From: Thainema sp. | GTDB taxonomy: Bacteria > Cyanobacteriota > Cyanobacteriia > Phormidesmidales > Phormidesmidaceae | Assembly (NCBI GenBank): GCA_052168235.1 | Contig: JBQLZK010000008.1 | Coordinates: 1-64,000, forward strand | DNA length: 64,000 nt | Reading direction: 5' to 3' | Position numbers and translations under genes: made by a program | The notes under the pieces: model-generated | The model's database searches: none | Told to the model about the DNA's origin: nothing | What the model saw: the letters and a program-made list of their open reading frames with translations, nothing else | In this document: positions 18,473 to 28,263 of the stretch, one piece after another | How positions within the stretch are numbered: position 1 is the first letter of the stretch | Layout: each line of letters starts with the position of its first letter

Positions 18473-20179
18473 CTACTGCAAATGACGTTTGGCCAACTTT
18501 GGCTGATCTTCAACGTCGGTAATCGCTTCCTTGAGCTGAACCGGGCTCAGTTGATCAACTAGCGCAATCGGGAGGGGGGCTTCGCTGATGCGGTTGACAA
18601 AGGCCGAATTGAGCAAGCTGAGAGCGGTTTCGTCTTGTTCCAGATAGCCTTGTAAAAACAGTAGCGCCAGGATGTTCGCATAGCGTTGGGCCAATTCTGG
18701 GGCTGGGCCAATCACGGTAGCTGGCAGCTGGAGTACTTCGCTATTTTCTTCGCTGACTCCCATCACTGAGAAATGAGTTGCCTGACGAATCATCAGCAGA
18801 TAGCGGTCAGGATTATCAAGCCAAGTAAACGGACGAATTTGCTCGATCAGCGCAGGAGTAACCGTGTCAGCACTGCCGGAAATGACCATCAGCGGCACGT
18901 TGATATTGCGAAATCCATCCACGCCAAAAATTGCGCTGCTGGCTGGATTAATTGCGATCGCAGCATCAATGCGTGGATCTTCCAGAAAGAGATCGGTGGC
19001 AGGTAGCCGATTGGCTTGACACTGCAGCAGGAGTGACAGATTGAGCGATTCATTGAGCGCTGCACACTCAACCGCCAAACTATTTCGATTAATCTGAGCC
19101 CCCGCCAACGCCAGCGCCGTATAGCCACCAAAGGACTGCCCAATCACGCCAACCCGCGACAAATCAACCTGCTCGTTTAGGGTCGGATCAATTTGAATCC
19201 GCCGCTCTAGATCATCAATCACGGCGCTAATATCCAAGGGCCGATCCACAAACTCTTGTGCGGTTGTCACCTCATTGACCTGCCCGCTAACGAGTGCTTG
19301 CAGCTGTTCTGCACTGCTGCCCGGATGCTCTGGAATCGCGACGACAAAGCCGTGAGATGCCAAATGCTTTGCTAAGTAGGCGTAGGTTGTCCGATCGTTA
19401 CCCAAACCGTGGGAGATGATCACAACAGGTGCGGGAAACGGCGTAGTTGCCGAATTTTGAGCGTTTTCTCCAACTGGGAAATAGTAATCAACTGGGATGG
19501 GACGATTGCGACTGGCATTTTTCAGCGGACGAGTATATCGTACCCAGTCATAGAGGCCCAATTCACCCGGATCGGGATAGTTGCGTGGAATTCTGAGCGG
19601 ATGATTGGCGGCTGCGACTACAGCGCGCTGTTCGATTAACCCGACGGCAGCATTGGTCTGATTCACCAGTTGCCGCAGCGTATTCGCGATTTCTAGGGCC
19701 TGCGCAATGTTGACTTGAATGCCTTCGGTCGGAAAATAGCGCAGCACATTGAGCAGCGTTAAACCATCTTCAGAGCTAGCCGCCAGAATCAACGCTGCCC
19801 GCAGCGCATAAAATCCAGAATTTCCGGCCTCCGTTTGAATTAAGCCACCCAGCCGCCTCAGCAGAGCCTCGCCCTGCGGCGTATAGAAAAATTGCGCGAT
19901 CGCAACTTCTGAAATCTCGGCTTCGGCTGTGAGCGCTAGCCGCAACTGCTCTAACTGCTCGTCAGATACATAGCGGGTAAAGTCATCAAGTTCCGTGTCA
20001 ATCGTGCCATCGGCGGCATATTGTTCAAGGGACTCAAGCGGCATGGATCGCCGAATGATGCCGTAGGTAACATAAATCCGTTCTGCGCTCTGTGCTGGTC
20101 GCGCCATCAGCACTGCACCCAGCGACAAGCCGCTCCAGAACAATCTAGATATCCATTTTGGACTGAGTCGCCAACTCAT
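18473..20179 (-). CDS. Secreted alpha/beta hydrolase with an N-terminal DUF1400-like domain
   Basis: Signal ...SAERIYV, SHGLG oxyanion motif, GQSFGG nucleophile elbow, D and THFS catalytic residues. Confidence 0.88.
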   Translation of the reverse strand: MSWRLSPKWISRLFWSGLSLGAVLMARPAQSAERIYVTYGIIRRSMPLESLEQYAADGTIDTELDDFTRYVSDEQLEQLRLALTAEAEISEVAIAQFFYTPQGEALLRRLGGLIQTEAGNSGFYALRAALILAASSEDGLTLLNVLRYFPTEGIQVNIAQALEIANTLRQLVNQTNAAVGLIEQRAVVAAANHPLRIPRNYPDPGELGLYDWVRYTRPLKNASRNRPIPVDYYFPVGENAQNSATTPFPAPVVIISHGLGNDRTTYAYLAKHLASHGFVVAIPEHPGSSAEQLQALVSGQVNEVTTAQEFVDRPLDISAVIDDLERRIQIDPTLNEQVDLSRVGVIGQSFGGYTALALAGAQINRNSLAVECAALNESLNLSLLLQCQANRLPATDLFLEDPRIDAAIAINPASSAIFGVDGFRNINVPLMVISGSADTVTPALIEQIRPFTWLDNPDRYLLMIRQATHFSVMGVSEENSEVLQLPATVIGPAPELAQRYANILALLFLQGYLEQDETALSLLNSAFVNRISEAPLPIALVDQLSPVQLKEAITDVEDQPKLAKRHLQ

Positions 20180-20609
20180 GTTGCTGAATTTAGTGCTGAA
20201 GAAGGATGGGAATGTTGCTCAACCAGATACCGTTGACCGCCATTGCACAATCGCCATTCGGAATCCTATTCACCCTGCGGGTGAATGATGTAGTGAAATC
20301 GTGTTGAATGTGCGATCGCAACTAGCGGGACTGCAAAGGTTCCTCAAAAAATCTAACAAAAATTAGAGATAACTGATGCACTTACCCCTGTATACAGCAG
20401 CAACATGAAAAATTCCTGAATTTCAGCAGCCTTAGCTGATGTGTAGCCGTTGCCACTTTGGTCGAGACAGGTATGACATCCAACGTTTAAACACTTGAAC
20501 GTTTGAACGTTTTCAGAATTTCCCAATGTTCCAATCAATGTGACTAGCTGTAATATGCAGTTGGCTGAACACCCATAATTAGGTCAGACAGCCTGACTCT
20601 CGATCGTAC

Positions 20610-21548
20610 TTAGAGAGCACCATCAGAATCGAAAACACCATTGTCATCTGTCGAGTCAAACGTGTCATCGTCGTTAACGGTATCTAGCGTATCGTCATTC
20701 AGCGTATCGTTGTCGTCTAAAATATCGGACGTATCACTGTCTCCCAGATCGTCGCCAACGGAGTCAAACGGGTCGCTATCATCAATGGTGTCTAGTCCGT
20801 CATCATTGTCCAGGCTATCTAGACCATCCGTTTCCAAATCGCCATTAAAGTCATCATCTAACCCATTATCCAGATCATTATTTAAGCCATCGTCATCTAG
20901 ACCATCATCATCCTCACCAACTAGCGGAAAATCATCAAGCTCCTCCTCGCTGATTTCATCCTCACCAACGACTGGAGAATCACCGAGTTCATCACCAATA
21001 ACTTCAATCTCCTCAATCTCACCGCTCACAGTGTCATCATCCAGATCATCATCGAGTGCAACTGGAGAGACTGAATCAGGTGCGATCGCAAGTTCTAAAT
21101 CAACATCGGCATATACGGCCAGCTGATCGCGATCTGCACTACTGAAATTAGCAATAAACTGAACTGGCTCATTCGGCAACAAGACATCAGTGGCGGGAGC
21201 TGCAGTGCCAGCCAATACAGCCTGACCGTCCGTTTGCAGCAGTTCGTAGCCCAAGCCACCAATTCGCACAGGCTGATCAGATTCGTTAACGATGACTCCC
21301 GTTAACCCCGCACCCGTCACCTGCACATTGCGGATGCTAAGCGATCCAGCCGCTGTCTCATCTCCTTCGGTCTCATCATCACCGCAGATCGACGATAGAT
21401 TTACCACTTCGCCACTTGGCTTGCGTAAATAGCAAACATAGTTTGGCGGCGTTTGCGCCATAACAGACTCTGCTACACCATTGAGAACCAGCATGAAGAT
21501 AGCGGTTGGCAAAGCAGAACGCAGTAATCGGATTGGACGAAGCGACAT
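20610..21548 (-). CDS. Secreted protein with a small Cys-pair N-domain and a long Asp-rich tail
   Basis: Signal peptide ending VMA|Q; CYLRKPSGEVVNLSSICG; ~150-aa D/E-rich tail; start could lie up to 21617. Confidence 0.8.
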   Translation of the reverse strand: MSLRPIRLLRSALPTAIFMLVLNGVAESVMAQTPPNYVCYLRKPSGEVVNLSSICGDDETEGDETAAGSLSIRNVQVTGAGLTGVIVNESDQPVRIGGLGYELLQTDGQAVLAGTAAPATDVLLPNEPVQFIANFSSADRDQLAVYADVDLELAIAPDSVSPVALDDDLDDDTVSGEIEEIEVIGDELGDSPVVGEDEISEEELDDFPLVGEDDDGLDDDGLNNDLDNGLDDDFNGDLETDGLDSLDNDDGLDTIDDSDPFDSVGDDLGDSDTSDILDDNDTLNDDTLDTVNDDDTFDSTDDNGVFDSDGAL

Positions 21549-21933
21549 TGTGTGAAGCATTGGTAATTTCCACGCTATTGGCACGGCTTCCTTATAAATG
21601 CCGCAATTGGCCATCAAGACTCGTCTACCTCAAGTCAAATCATTCACCTATCAGCGGATAGAAATTAACAGAAATGACCAAAACTAACAGAACAGCCTAG
21701 CCAAGGTGATCGTTTAATCACCATAGCTAGGCTGCTTTAGATACGTGATGCTTGATTCAGGAGCGAATTACAAGATGTCTATTGTTTCCACGTCGCATCG
21801 ATTTGCAAAAGACACGAAATGATGATGCAGAAGAACCTGTTTGCTCCAACATGCAGAACTTAGAGCCATCTACCTTAGATAGATTCCCCACCAACCTGCA
21901 CATGTTTCATCTGCTGATTCGTAGCCAGAGCGA

Positions 21934-22368
21934 CTATGAATTGGCGGTCTGTGTTGCTAGCATCTGCTTGAGTTTTTCCAGTTCGCCTGCCCAACGTGGA
22001 TCAGGCTGAGTGGATTGACTGGAAGAAGAAGAGTCAGAACGGCGAGACTTGTTATTATTGCCTCCCTTCCGACGGCCACCGCCACTAGCACTGGGCGAAC
22101 CATTCGATTCCTTCCCTTTCGAGCGGGGCAGTGCCTTCTCAATCTTCAGAGTTGTATCCTTGAACTCCTGGCCGTTGAGCTTTTCAATAATGGCGTCGGC
22201 TTGCTCATCTGTCTTGACAGTGACAAAGCCAAATCCACGACATTTACCCGTTTTCTTATCTGTAATCACCTTGACCGACAGTAAGTCGTTAAAGTCAGAG
22301 AACACAGCCTCCAACTCTTCGCGCTCCACCTCTTTAGGCAGGTTTCCTACATAGAGACGAATAGACAT
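21934..22368 (-). CDS. rbp3: RRM RNA-binding protein, long class II (Rbp3/RbpG type)
   Basis: RNP2 LYVGNL, RNP1 RGFGFV, C-terminal QPDPRWAGELEKLK; GGAGG ribosome-binding site. Confidence 0.85.
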   Translation of the reverse strand: MSIRLYVGNLPKEVEREELEAVFSDFNDLLSVKVITDKKTGKCRGFGFVTVKTDEQADAIIEKLNGQEFKDTTLKIEKALPRSKGKESNGSPSASGGGRRKGGNNNKSRRSDSSSSSQSTQPDPRWAGELEKLKQMLATQTANS

Positions 22369-22860
22369 CAGTGATACCTCCAAATCGTATGAAAACTAAC
22401 GCTTATAAACCTAATGCGCTTGAATAAGCAGTTGGTGCAAACTCGTCATAAGTAATATTGACACTAAAAAGAACCAAGTTTGCCTCGAAGTTGGGGCATG
22501 CTTGGCAACTCTCTAATCAGCGTTAAGTTTGCTAAATCTATTCTTGATACTACCGGACTAATAAATTCCTTAACAAACTCCTTTGGGGAGAATGAGGAGA
22601 TTAGCTGAGCCGATTTTGATCCACCAACTTGCATTAATGAGTTGTGTCTAGCGACTTAAATTAATGTGGGTAACTGAGATAAATGACCTCTAGCGAAGCA
22701 ATCAGGTTGTCTGATACTGCCAACCCACTGCTACAGCATAGGTGTTAAATCGACCTTGTGGCCTAATGAAGTTGATGTTTCATTACTGTACACCGTATAT
22801 TAGGCTATCACGGGCTTAGGTAAAGGCCAACTTAATCTCACCCCTAACAAGAGGCCATAA

Positions 22861-22960
22861 ATAAAACCAGCCGACAAATCGACTGGTTCACCTTGCTGTG
22901 TTGGGAGGAGAAACGAACAACTCGGCCACGAGTCTTGCAACTGCTGAGTTGCCAACTATG
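22861..22960 (-). ncRNA. Candidate ~100-nt small RNA
   Basis: -10 TAGTAT (22968-22973), stem CAACUCAGC/GCCGAGUUG, single-stranded UUUCUCCUCCCAACAC, terminator ACCAGUCGA-UUUG-UCGGCUGGU plus U-run; no ORF. Confidence 0.55.
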
Positions 22961-23003
22961 GAGTTGCATACTAACGGTTGAGCCACGCTGAGTCTTCCGA
23001 ATC

Positions 23004-23021
23004 TCTGTAAAGAAATATAAC
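23004..23021 (-). promoter_or_regulatory. HLR1-like (RpaB) direct repeat
   Basis: GTTATATT-TC-TTTACAGA on the minus strand versus consensus (G/T)TTACA(T/A)(T/A)-N2 x2; a second similar site at 23040-23057 on plus. Confidence 0.45.
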
Positions 23022-23221
23022 ACGCACCTCGACCGAATCGCAATATTTCTTTACATAAGATGCGTTGATTTTTACGAGTGAACTTGACACAGCCGTCGTC
23101 AGATCAGTTTAAGACATTGGAAATAGGACATTGGAGAAACGTTTAGACGTTCAAACGTTAGATTTCGTAACTGTCTCGACCAAAGTGGCGACGGCTATAG
23201 TAGGTGGCTCGCTCGTGACAT

Positions 23222-25873
23222 CTATCGGCCCGTTACGAGTAGGAAAAGTCCCCAGGCAATACAGATGCCGCCGAGTAGAGTGGCGCTTGTGGGTGAGTTG
23301 GCCCGAATTGTATACCCAGCTTGATTTTTAATATGGTCGAGGTCAATCCAACTAAGGACACTGCGCCGAAACCAACCGACGATTTGAATTCGGCGACCTG
23401 TGAGTTCTTCTGGACGAATTTTGGCGGATTGCAGGAACAGATTGCCTAATACACCCAGAGCAGAGGCGTAGCGGAGTTTGATCAGTCCCTGCTGGGATTG
23501 CATCAGCAAATCTTGCCCCAACCAATTGTGCAAGCCTGATCGACCCAGTAGTTTGCCTTGGATTTTGACGGGTAGGGTATTGGTCGGTAGTGCCACGGGA
23601 TCAGTCAGTAAGAGATGGGCGTTAGGCTGATTACGGATTGCGCCAGGAGTGAAGTCTGGAAAAAGACGGTTGACTCGTAGCCAAGTGCCAATGCCAAATC
23701 CGATTAAAATGCAGGCCCAGAGTAAGCTTTGGCTATCCCACATCCACTGCAACCGATAAATGTTGACGACGGGCGAAAACCAGCCAATAAATTTAAGCAG
23801 CCATGCGATCGCAAATCCGCATACTAACCCCACCCAAGGACTCGCTTGAAATAACAGCGGTTGCCAGTAGGCGATTTGCTGGATGATGTTCTGGGCTTTG
23901 GGGCGAGGTGGAGGGGATTCCAGATCGAGTTCGGGTGTCAAATGCCAGCGCTGGGCATAGCGAGTCAAAATGTACAGCCGTTCACCTAAAGCTGGATGGG
24001 CTTGGCTCGTCGCGAGCCAGTGACGGTAGGGGTTTTGATAGTCCCACTGCAAAATGGGTTCAATCGGCGTGTATGGATAGGTGCTGCCCACCGTCAGGCT
24101 GGCTGCATAGCCTGTGGGAGAGAGCAGATTTAGGCTTTCCAGTTCTGAGCTAGTACGTCCCTGCCGCTGAATATCTTCGGCGCTGCCGATAGCAACTTTC
24201 AGTAAGGCTCGAATTAAACCGTTGGGATTGCCTGTTAGGCTCACTGAAGTGCGATCGCTGTGATAGGTACGATTTCGATTGGCCCACAGCCCTAACCAGC
24301 GAAGCAGCCAGTACAGGCCATACCCCGCACTAGCCACGAATGCAAAACACCCGCGTAGAATCGGCTGGGAGAGTCGATTGCCGAACTTTGCGGCTTCATC
24401 ATACAGCAAGTAGGGCAGCTGCATGATCAACGCTATCCACGACAGAGTGACAAAATCCCAGCGCTGAATCTGGCTTGCTTCCCGTGCATAGAGGGTGGCA
24501 ATTTCATCATCGGCAAGTTGATTAAGCAGTCCTTGACTAACGGAAATGCGGGCAAATCGAGGGAGGTTGCCATAGGTTAGAATCAGTGGGGCTTGGCTGG
24601 GTAATACTCGCAACTCCGGCATTGTGCGCCCAGACTGACGAAAAAATCGCTTCAGAAAACGGACTGATTCAGGACTATGGGATTCCAGGATTTGGAGGCT
24701 GAACGGCTTTTGACCATAAAACCAACTGAGCAGAAAATCCCAAAGCCAGGGTGAAGCTGCGAATAGAACAGCCAGAAACAGGGCAATCATCCAGAACGGA
24801 TCGCGGTAAAACGCTTGGATGGGCTGGACATGAATTGGCCAATCAAGCCAAGCCAAGAATTTATTGACCTGTCGCAGTAGAAACCACGTACCTGACCGAA
24901 TTAACCAAATTGACCCAACCACCGTTACGGCTTGAATAATCCAAAATCGAGTTTGATTGACGGGGGGGAGGGATGACCAGCGCTCGGCTCGTTCTGCTTG
25001 TTGCCAAGTCGGTTGATAGCTGATAGGTGGAGCAGATTGTGCGAGTGCTACTGCTGGATCTGCTGCTGTTTGAGCAGCGGTTGGCGTATCGGCAGGCGGA
25101 TTGGCAGTGACAGCCGTATTTGGATCTGGCTGATCTGGGTTAAGCGATTGATCTACAAATCGATTGACCAGATCGCTAAGTGGACTGGTTGGCTGCTCTA
25201 ATTCCTGATTGGCTGATGGTTGAGTCGCAGGCGAAGCGGTGGCTACGTCGGCTGGAGTTGGGGAAGATGGCGGCGGAGCCATCCTAGGAGTGGCCAAGGG
25301 AGGACGAGAAGGCTGGACATCGTCATCGACGTCATCTAGAGCCACAAATCCCGTCTCATGGCCAGGTTTACGAGCGTCATCAAGGGAGGCATCAAGGGGA
25401 ACGAATCCTGTACTGGAGAGGGGGGTGCCTTGGGGCTCTGAGCTGTTTGTCTCCGCCGTTTGAAGTTCTTGGCGACTCAACCGCTCGGGTGGGTGCTCGG
25501 CACGAGTTGAGCTGGATGGAGTTGGGGATGAAGCGATATTAGAGTGGGATTGATCGGGATGTGCCACATTTTGCTGCTGTAGCTTTTCCAATGTTCGGGC
25601 TGCCCAGGCTTGCACTTTGGGACTGCTGTTGCGGGTGAGCTGAGTGCAAGTTGCGATCGCAGCCTCAGTTTGCCCCCTATATCCATAAGCTTTAACTAAC
25701 CCCATTTGCGCCTGAGCGTATTCAGCCGCATCAGTGGAGAGCTGCACAACCTGATGAAAGGACTGGATCGCCTGATCGTACTGCTTTTGCTTGAGGGCAG
25801 ACAGCCCTTGCTTCAGTACTGCGGCACTGGATGGTGGTTGATTGGAAGACTCCGGACGAGACGGAGAGGGCAT
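23222..25873 (-). CDS. TPR plus M48/HtpX-like membrane protein with a degenerate zinc motif
   Basis: N-terminal TPR-like helices, Pro-rich linker, ISVSQGLL..L.DDEI, TGNPNGLIRALLK, HPALGERL; HExxH position reads REASQ. Confidence 0.8.
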   Translation of the reverse strand: MPSPSRPESSNQPPSSAAVLKQGLSALKQKQYDQAIQSFHQVVQLSTDAAEYAQAQMGLVKAYGYRGQTEAAIATCTQLTRNSSPKVQAWAARTLEKLQQQNVAHPDQSHSNIASSPTPSSSTRAEHPPERLSRQELQTAETNSSEPQGTPLSSTGFVPLDASLDDARKPGHETGFVALDDVDDDVQPSRPPLATPRMAPPPSSPTPADVATASPATQPSANQELEQPTSPLSDLVNRFVDQSLNPDQPDPNTAVTANPPADTPTAAQTAADPAVALAQSAPPISYQPTWQQAERAERWSSLPPVNQTRFWIIQAVTVVGSIWLIRSGTWFLLRQVNKFLAWLDWPIHVQPIQAFYRDPFWMIALFLAVLFAASPWLWDFLLSWFYGQKPFSLQILESHSPESVRFLKRFFRQSGRTMPELRVLPSQAPLILTYGNLPRFARISVSQGLLNQLADDEIATLYAREASQIQRWDFVTLSWIALIMQLPYLLYDEAAKFGNRLSQPILRGCFAFVASAGYGLYWLLRWLGLWANRNRTYHSDRTSVSLTGNPNGLIRALLKVAIGSAEDIQRQGRTSSELESLNLLSPTGYAASLTVGSTYPYTPIEPILQWDYQNPYRHWLATSQAHPALGERLYILTRYAQRWHLTPELDLESPPPRPKAQNIIQQIAYWQPLLFQASPWVGLVCGFAIAWLLKFIGWFSPVVNIYRLQWMWDSQSLLWACILIGFGIGTWLRVNRLFPDFTPGAIRNQPNAHLLLTDPVALPTNTLPVKIQGKLLGRSGLHNWLGQDLLMQSQQGLIKLRYASALGVLGNLFLQSAKIRPEELTGRRIQIVGWFRRSVLSWIDLDHIKNQAGYTIRANSPTSATLLGGICIAWGLFLLVTGR

Positions 25874-25906
25874 CGCGATCCCTCCTGGATAGAACTACAA
25901 CTGTAA

Positions 25907-26008
25907 ACACAACATCAGCGTTGCTTAATCTAGGTATGAATTGTGATGTGGGAGCACAGCCCCCACATCACAATTCATACTTAATATCAGCAATCACACA
26001 ACATCAGC
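25907..26008. mobile_element. MITE-like hairpin element flanked by a 13-bp direct repeat
   Basis: acacaacatcagc at 25907-25919 and 25996-26008 flanks ttgcttaat...atatcagcaa ends and a 19-bp stem (25934-25980). Confidence 0.7.
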
Positions 26009-26190
26009 TTAGAGTACGCCAAAGATATGAAGAATCTATCAAGCACGACTTAAAAAGTTGAAGATATCTAGCGGCCAACCTCATTTTCGGGTGTGTGGAC
26101 TTCACGCTGAAGCACCCCGGTTTTCAACACTGGGGAGTTTATGAGTTTCTCGACACAATGAATGATGTAAGCTCAATTCAAGGTAGTGGC

Positions 26191-26496
26191 ATGGATAACA
26201 CCAACATTGCGCAGTCTTTTTACAAGTGGTACAAGAACACGCTACGTCACACAAAATACCGCTGGCTGATTATCTTCGGCACGCTGATTTACCTATTTAG
26301 CCCGATTGATATCGCCCCTGACTTTATTCCAGTTATCGGCTGGATTGATGATGGTATCGTCGCAACACTGCTAGTGACTGAACTGTCTCAGGTTGTACTT
26401 GAGTTTCTGAATCGTCGGACACGCAATGTTGCAAACTCCAACACCAATGCGCCTACTCTGGATGATGATGTCATTGATGTTCAGCCTCAAGCGTAA
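26191..26496 (+). CDS. YkvA/DUF1232 family protein
   Basis: YLFSPIDIAPDFIPVIGWIDD motif; ATG at 26191 preferred. Confidence 0.88.
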   Translation: MDNTNIAQSFYKWYKNTLRHTKYRWLIIFGTLIYLFSPIDIAPDFIPVIGWIDDGIVATLLVTELSQVVLEFLNRRTRNVANSNTNAPTLDDDVIDVQPQA

Positions 26497-26686
26497 GCCT
26501 GATATCAATCTGAGCCTATTTAGAATTTAGGTTTTTGATAGTCAAAGTCTAGAAAAAGCAGCGGAAATAGCTTCCAGGCTGCTGCTGTAAACCGCGTTCC
26601 TATGGCGGTGGCCTGGAGTTTCCTCTGATTGGATTTGGCCCGCGACTTGAATTGGGCTGAGTCTAACTGTGGATGATACAGACAAG

Positions 26687-26723
26687 AGCGATCGCAACTT
26701 TGGGTCAAGTGCGATCGCTTTTT
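26687..26723 (+). terminator. Hairpin formed by two HIP1 sites between convergent genes
   Basis: agcgatcgca-N-tgcgatcgct followed by a T-run. Confidence 0.45.
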
Positions 26724-26833
26724 CGTTGTTTAATGATTCCCTATTCCAAAAAAACAACGGGAAGCCTTCATCTCCGCCTGTAAAGGCTACCAAGACTACG
26801 TCTGGGGCCAAACCGACGAACAAGACTCCTAAC

Positions 26834-28186
26834 TTAAAACCCGTTGTAGCGAAACGCATTGTCCCACACATAGTCCAGCACCACCCTGGCCTCATGCAGC
26901 GGCAACACACAACAGCGCCCCTGCTTGTCATAGGTCAATACCGACTGCTCCATCGCCGAATCGGCAGTACGTCCCCGAATTTTCGCTAGATTCCGCAACG
27001 GCCCCTGAATATCAAAATTAATCGCCGTGCCCGTTTTCTCCAGCATCCAGGCTTCAATTTGGGCATCTAGTGCCTTCGGCGTTAACGGCTCCGGACTGGT
27101 CAGCAAATGATAGTACACCAGGATAATTTCCTTGCATTCCTCCTCCTCCGCGATATCCGTCAGCATCTGAAACACGCTGGCATTATTAGCCAAATTCTTA
27201 AAAAACAGCGTCTCGGTCACGTCCTTTTGAAACTTGATTTTCTTACTCTTGTACTGGCTGTACTGCTTAAACGCAAAACCACCCAAGACAATCATCAAGG
27301 TCAAACTGGCCAGTAGGACGGGTGCCAGATTACGTGCCTGTTCCTCCTCCACATCAATCGTTTGGAGTGCCGATTGTGCATTCATGGCCAACAAAATTGC
27401 GGCAATCAGCAGCAAAATGTTAGGTAGGGCTTTGAGAATGACCGGGATTGCTGCCCCCAGAACAGTTCCGACCAGAAAAATGCGATCGCGCCAGGTCATG
27501 CTGGTTTGCACATTAGGAAACAGCAGGTCTAGATCCAGCTTGGGGATGTTCTTGTAGAAATAGACATACATCTTGCCGGGAATAAACTTGCGCTTAAATG
27601 GATTAAATCGCCGCTGCTTGTCCTTAGCCCGAAAATAGCCGTCCCCCTTAAACTTCATCATCAACACCAAGCGTTCAATCACCTCAACGGTCTGCTCCTT
27701 TTTCCAGAAGTAGAACTTTTTAACCGTCGTGGTTTGCTCAGTATCGCCCCGGTAATAGCAGAGAAACTGATCAAAATCCTCAAAGTCTACTTTGGTTGTC
27801 AGCTTAATCAGCGAACAATCATCCAGTGACGTTTGAATGATGTCTTGGGGCAATGATCGATAATTGGCCCGTTCTAAAATGTATTGAAATGCTTTGACCA
27901 CCTTGGTTTCCATGTGCTGATACTCGTTCAAATCCGGTTCCCAAAGCGGCTGCACATCGGTATTGGGATCGAACACCCGATAGTTCGTTTTAATTTCCTC
28001 CAACATTCGGTGGAAGTGGAAGTGATAAAACGCGATCAGCAAAGTGCAGAACGACTGAAACACTTCTGCATCGCTCTCATGGAGACGATTGTCAGCTAAG
28101 CAAAGTTTAATAATGTCTTGGCGAGGATACGGAATAAACGATTCGCGACGGCTATCGATATCCATACTGGGATTAACTGGGGACAA
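26834..28186 (-). CDS. DUF3754/TMEM143-like membrane protein
   Basis: RESFIP, FYKNIPKLDLDLLFPN, two TM helices, FKNLANNASV, AEEEECKEIILVYY. Confidence 0.8.
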   Translation of the reverse strand: MSPVNPSMDIDSRRESFIPYPRQDIIKLCLADNRLHESDAEVFQSFCTLLIAFYHFHFHRMLEEIKTNYRVFDPNTDVQPLWEPDLNEYQHMETKVVKAFQYILERANYRSLPQDIIQTSLDDCSLIKLTTKVDFEDFDQFLCYYRGDTEQTTTVKKFYFWKKEQTVEVIERLVLMMKFKGDGYFRAKDKQRRFNPFKRKFIPGKMYVYFYKNIPKLDLDLLFPNVQTSMTWRDRIFLVGTVLGAAIPVILKALPNILLLIAAILLAMNAQSALQTIDVEEEQARNLAPVLLASLTLMIVLGGFAFKQYSQYKSKKIKFQKDVTETLFFKNLANNASVFQMLTDIAEEEECKEIILVYYHLLTSPEPLTPKALDAQIEAWMLEKTGTAINFDIQGPLRNLAKIRGRTADSAMEQSVLTYDKQGRCCVLPLHEARVVLDYVWDNAFRYNGF

Positions 28187-28263
28187 TAGGCCAATGATAT
28201 CGGCTTTACTGTCCAGGGCTAAAGCCGTCTTGTCGAGGTGGATGAGTCACGCTCGAAATCGAC

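Noticed and set aside
26555..26665. Stem-loops with GAGGAAACTCC on the minus strand, reminiscent of RNase P RNA
   Set aside because: Too short and lacks the other conserved rnpB segments; probably 3'UTR structure
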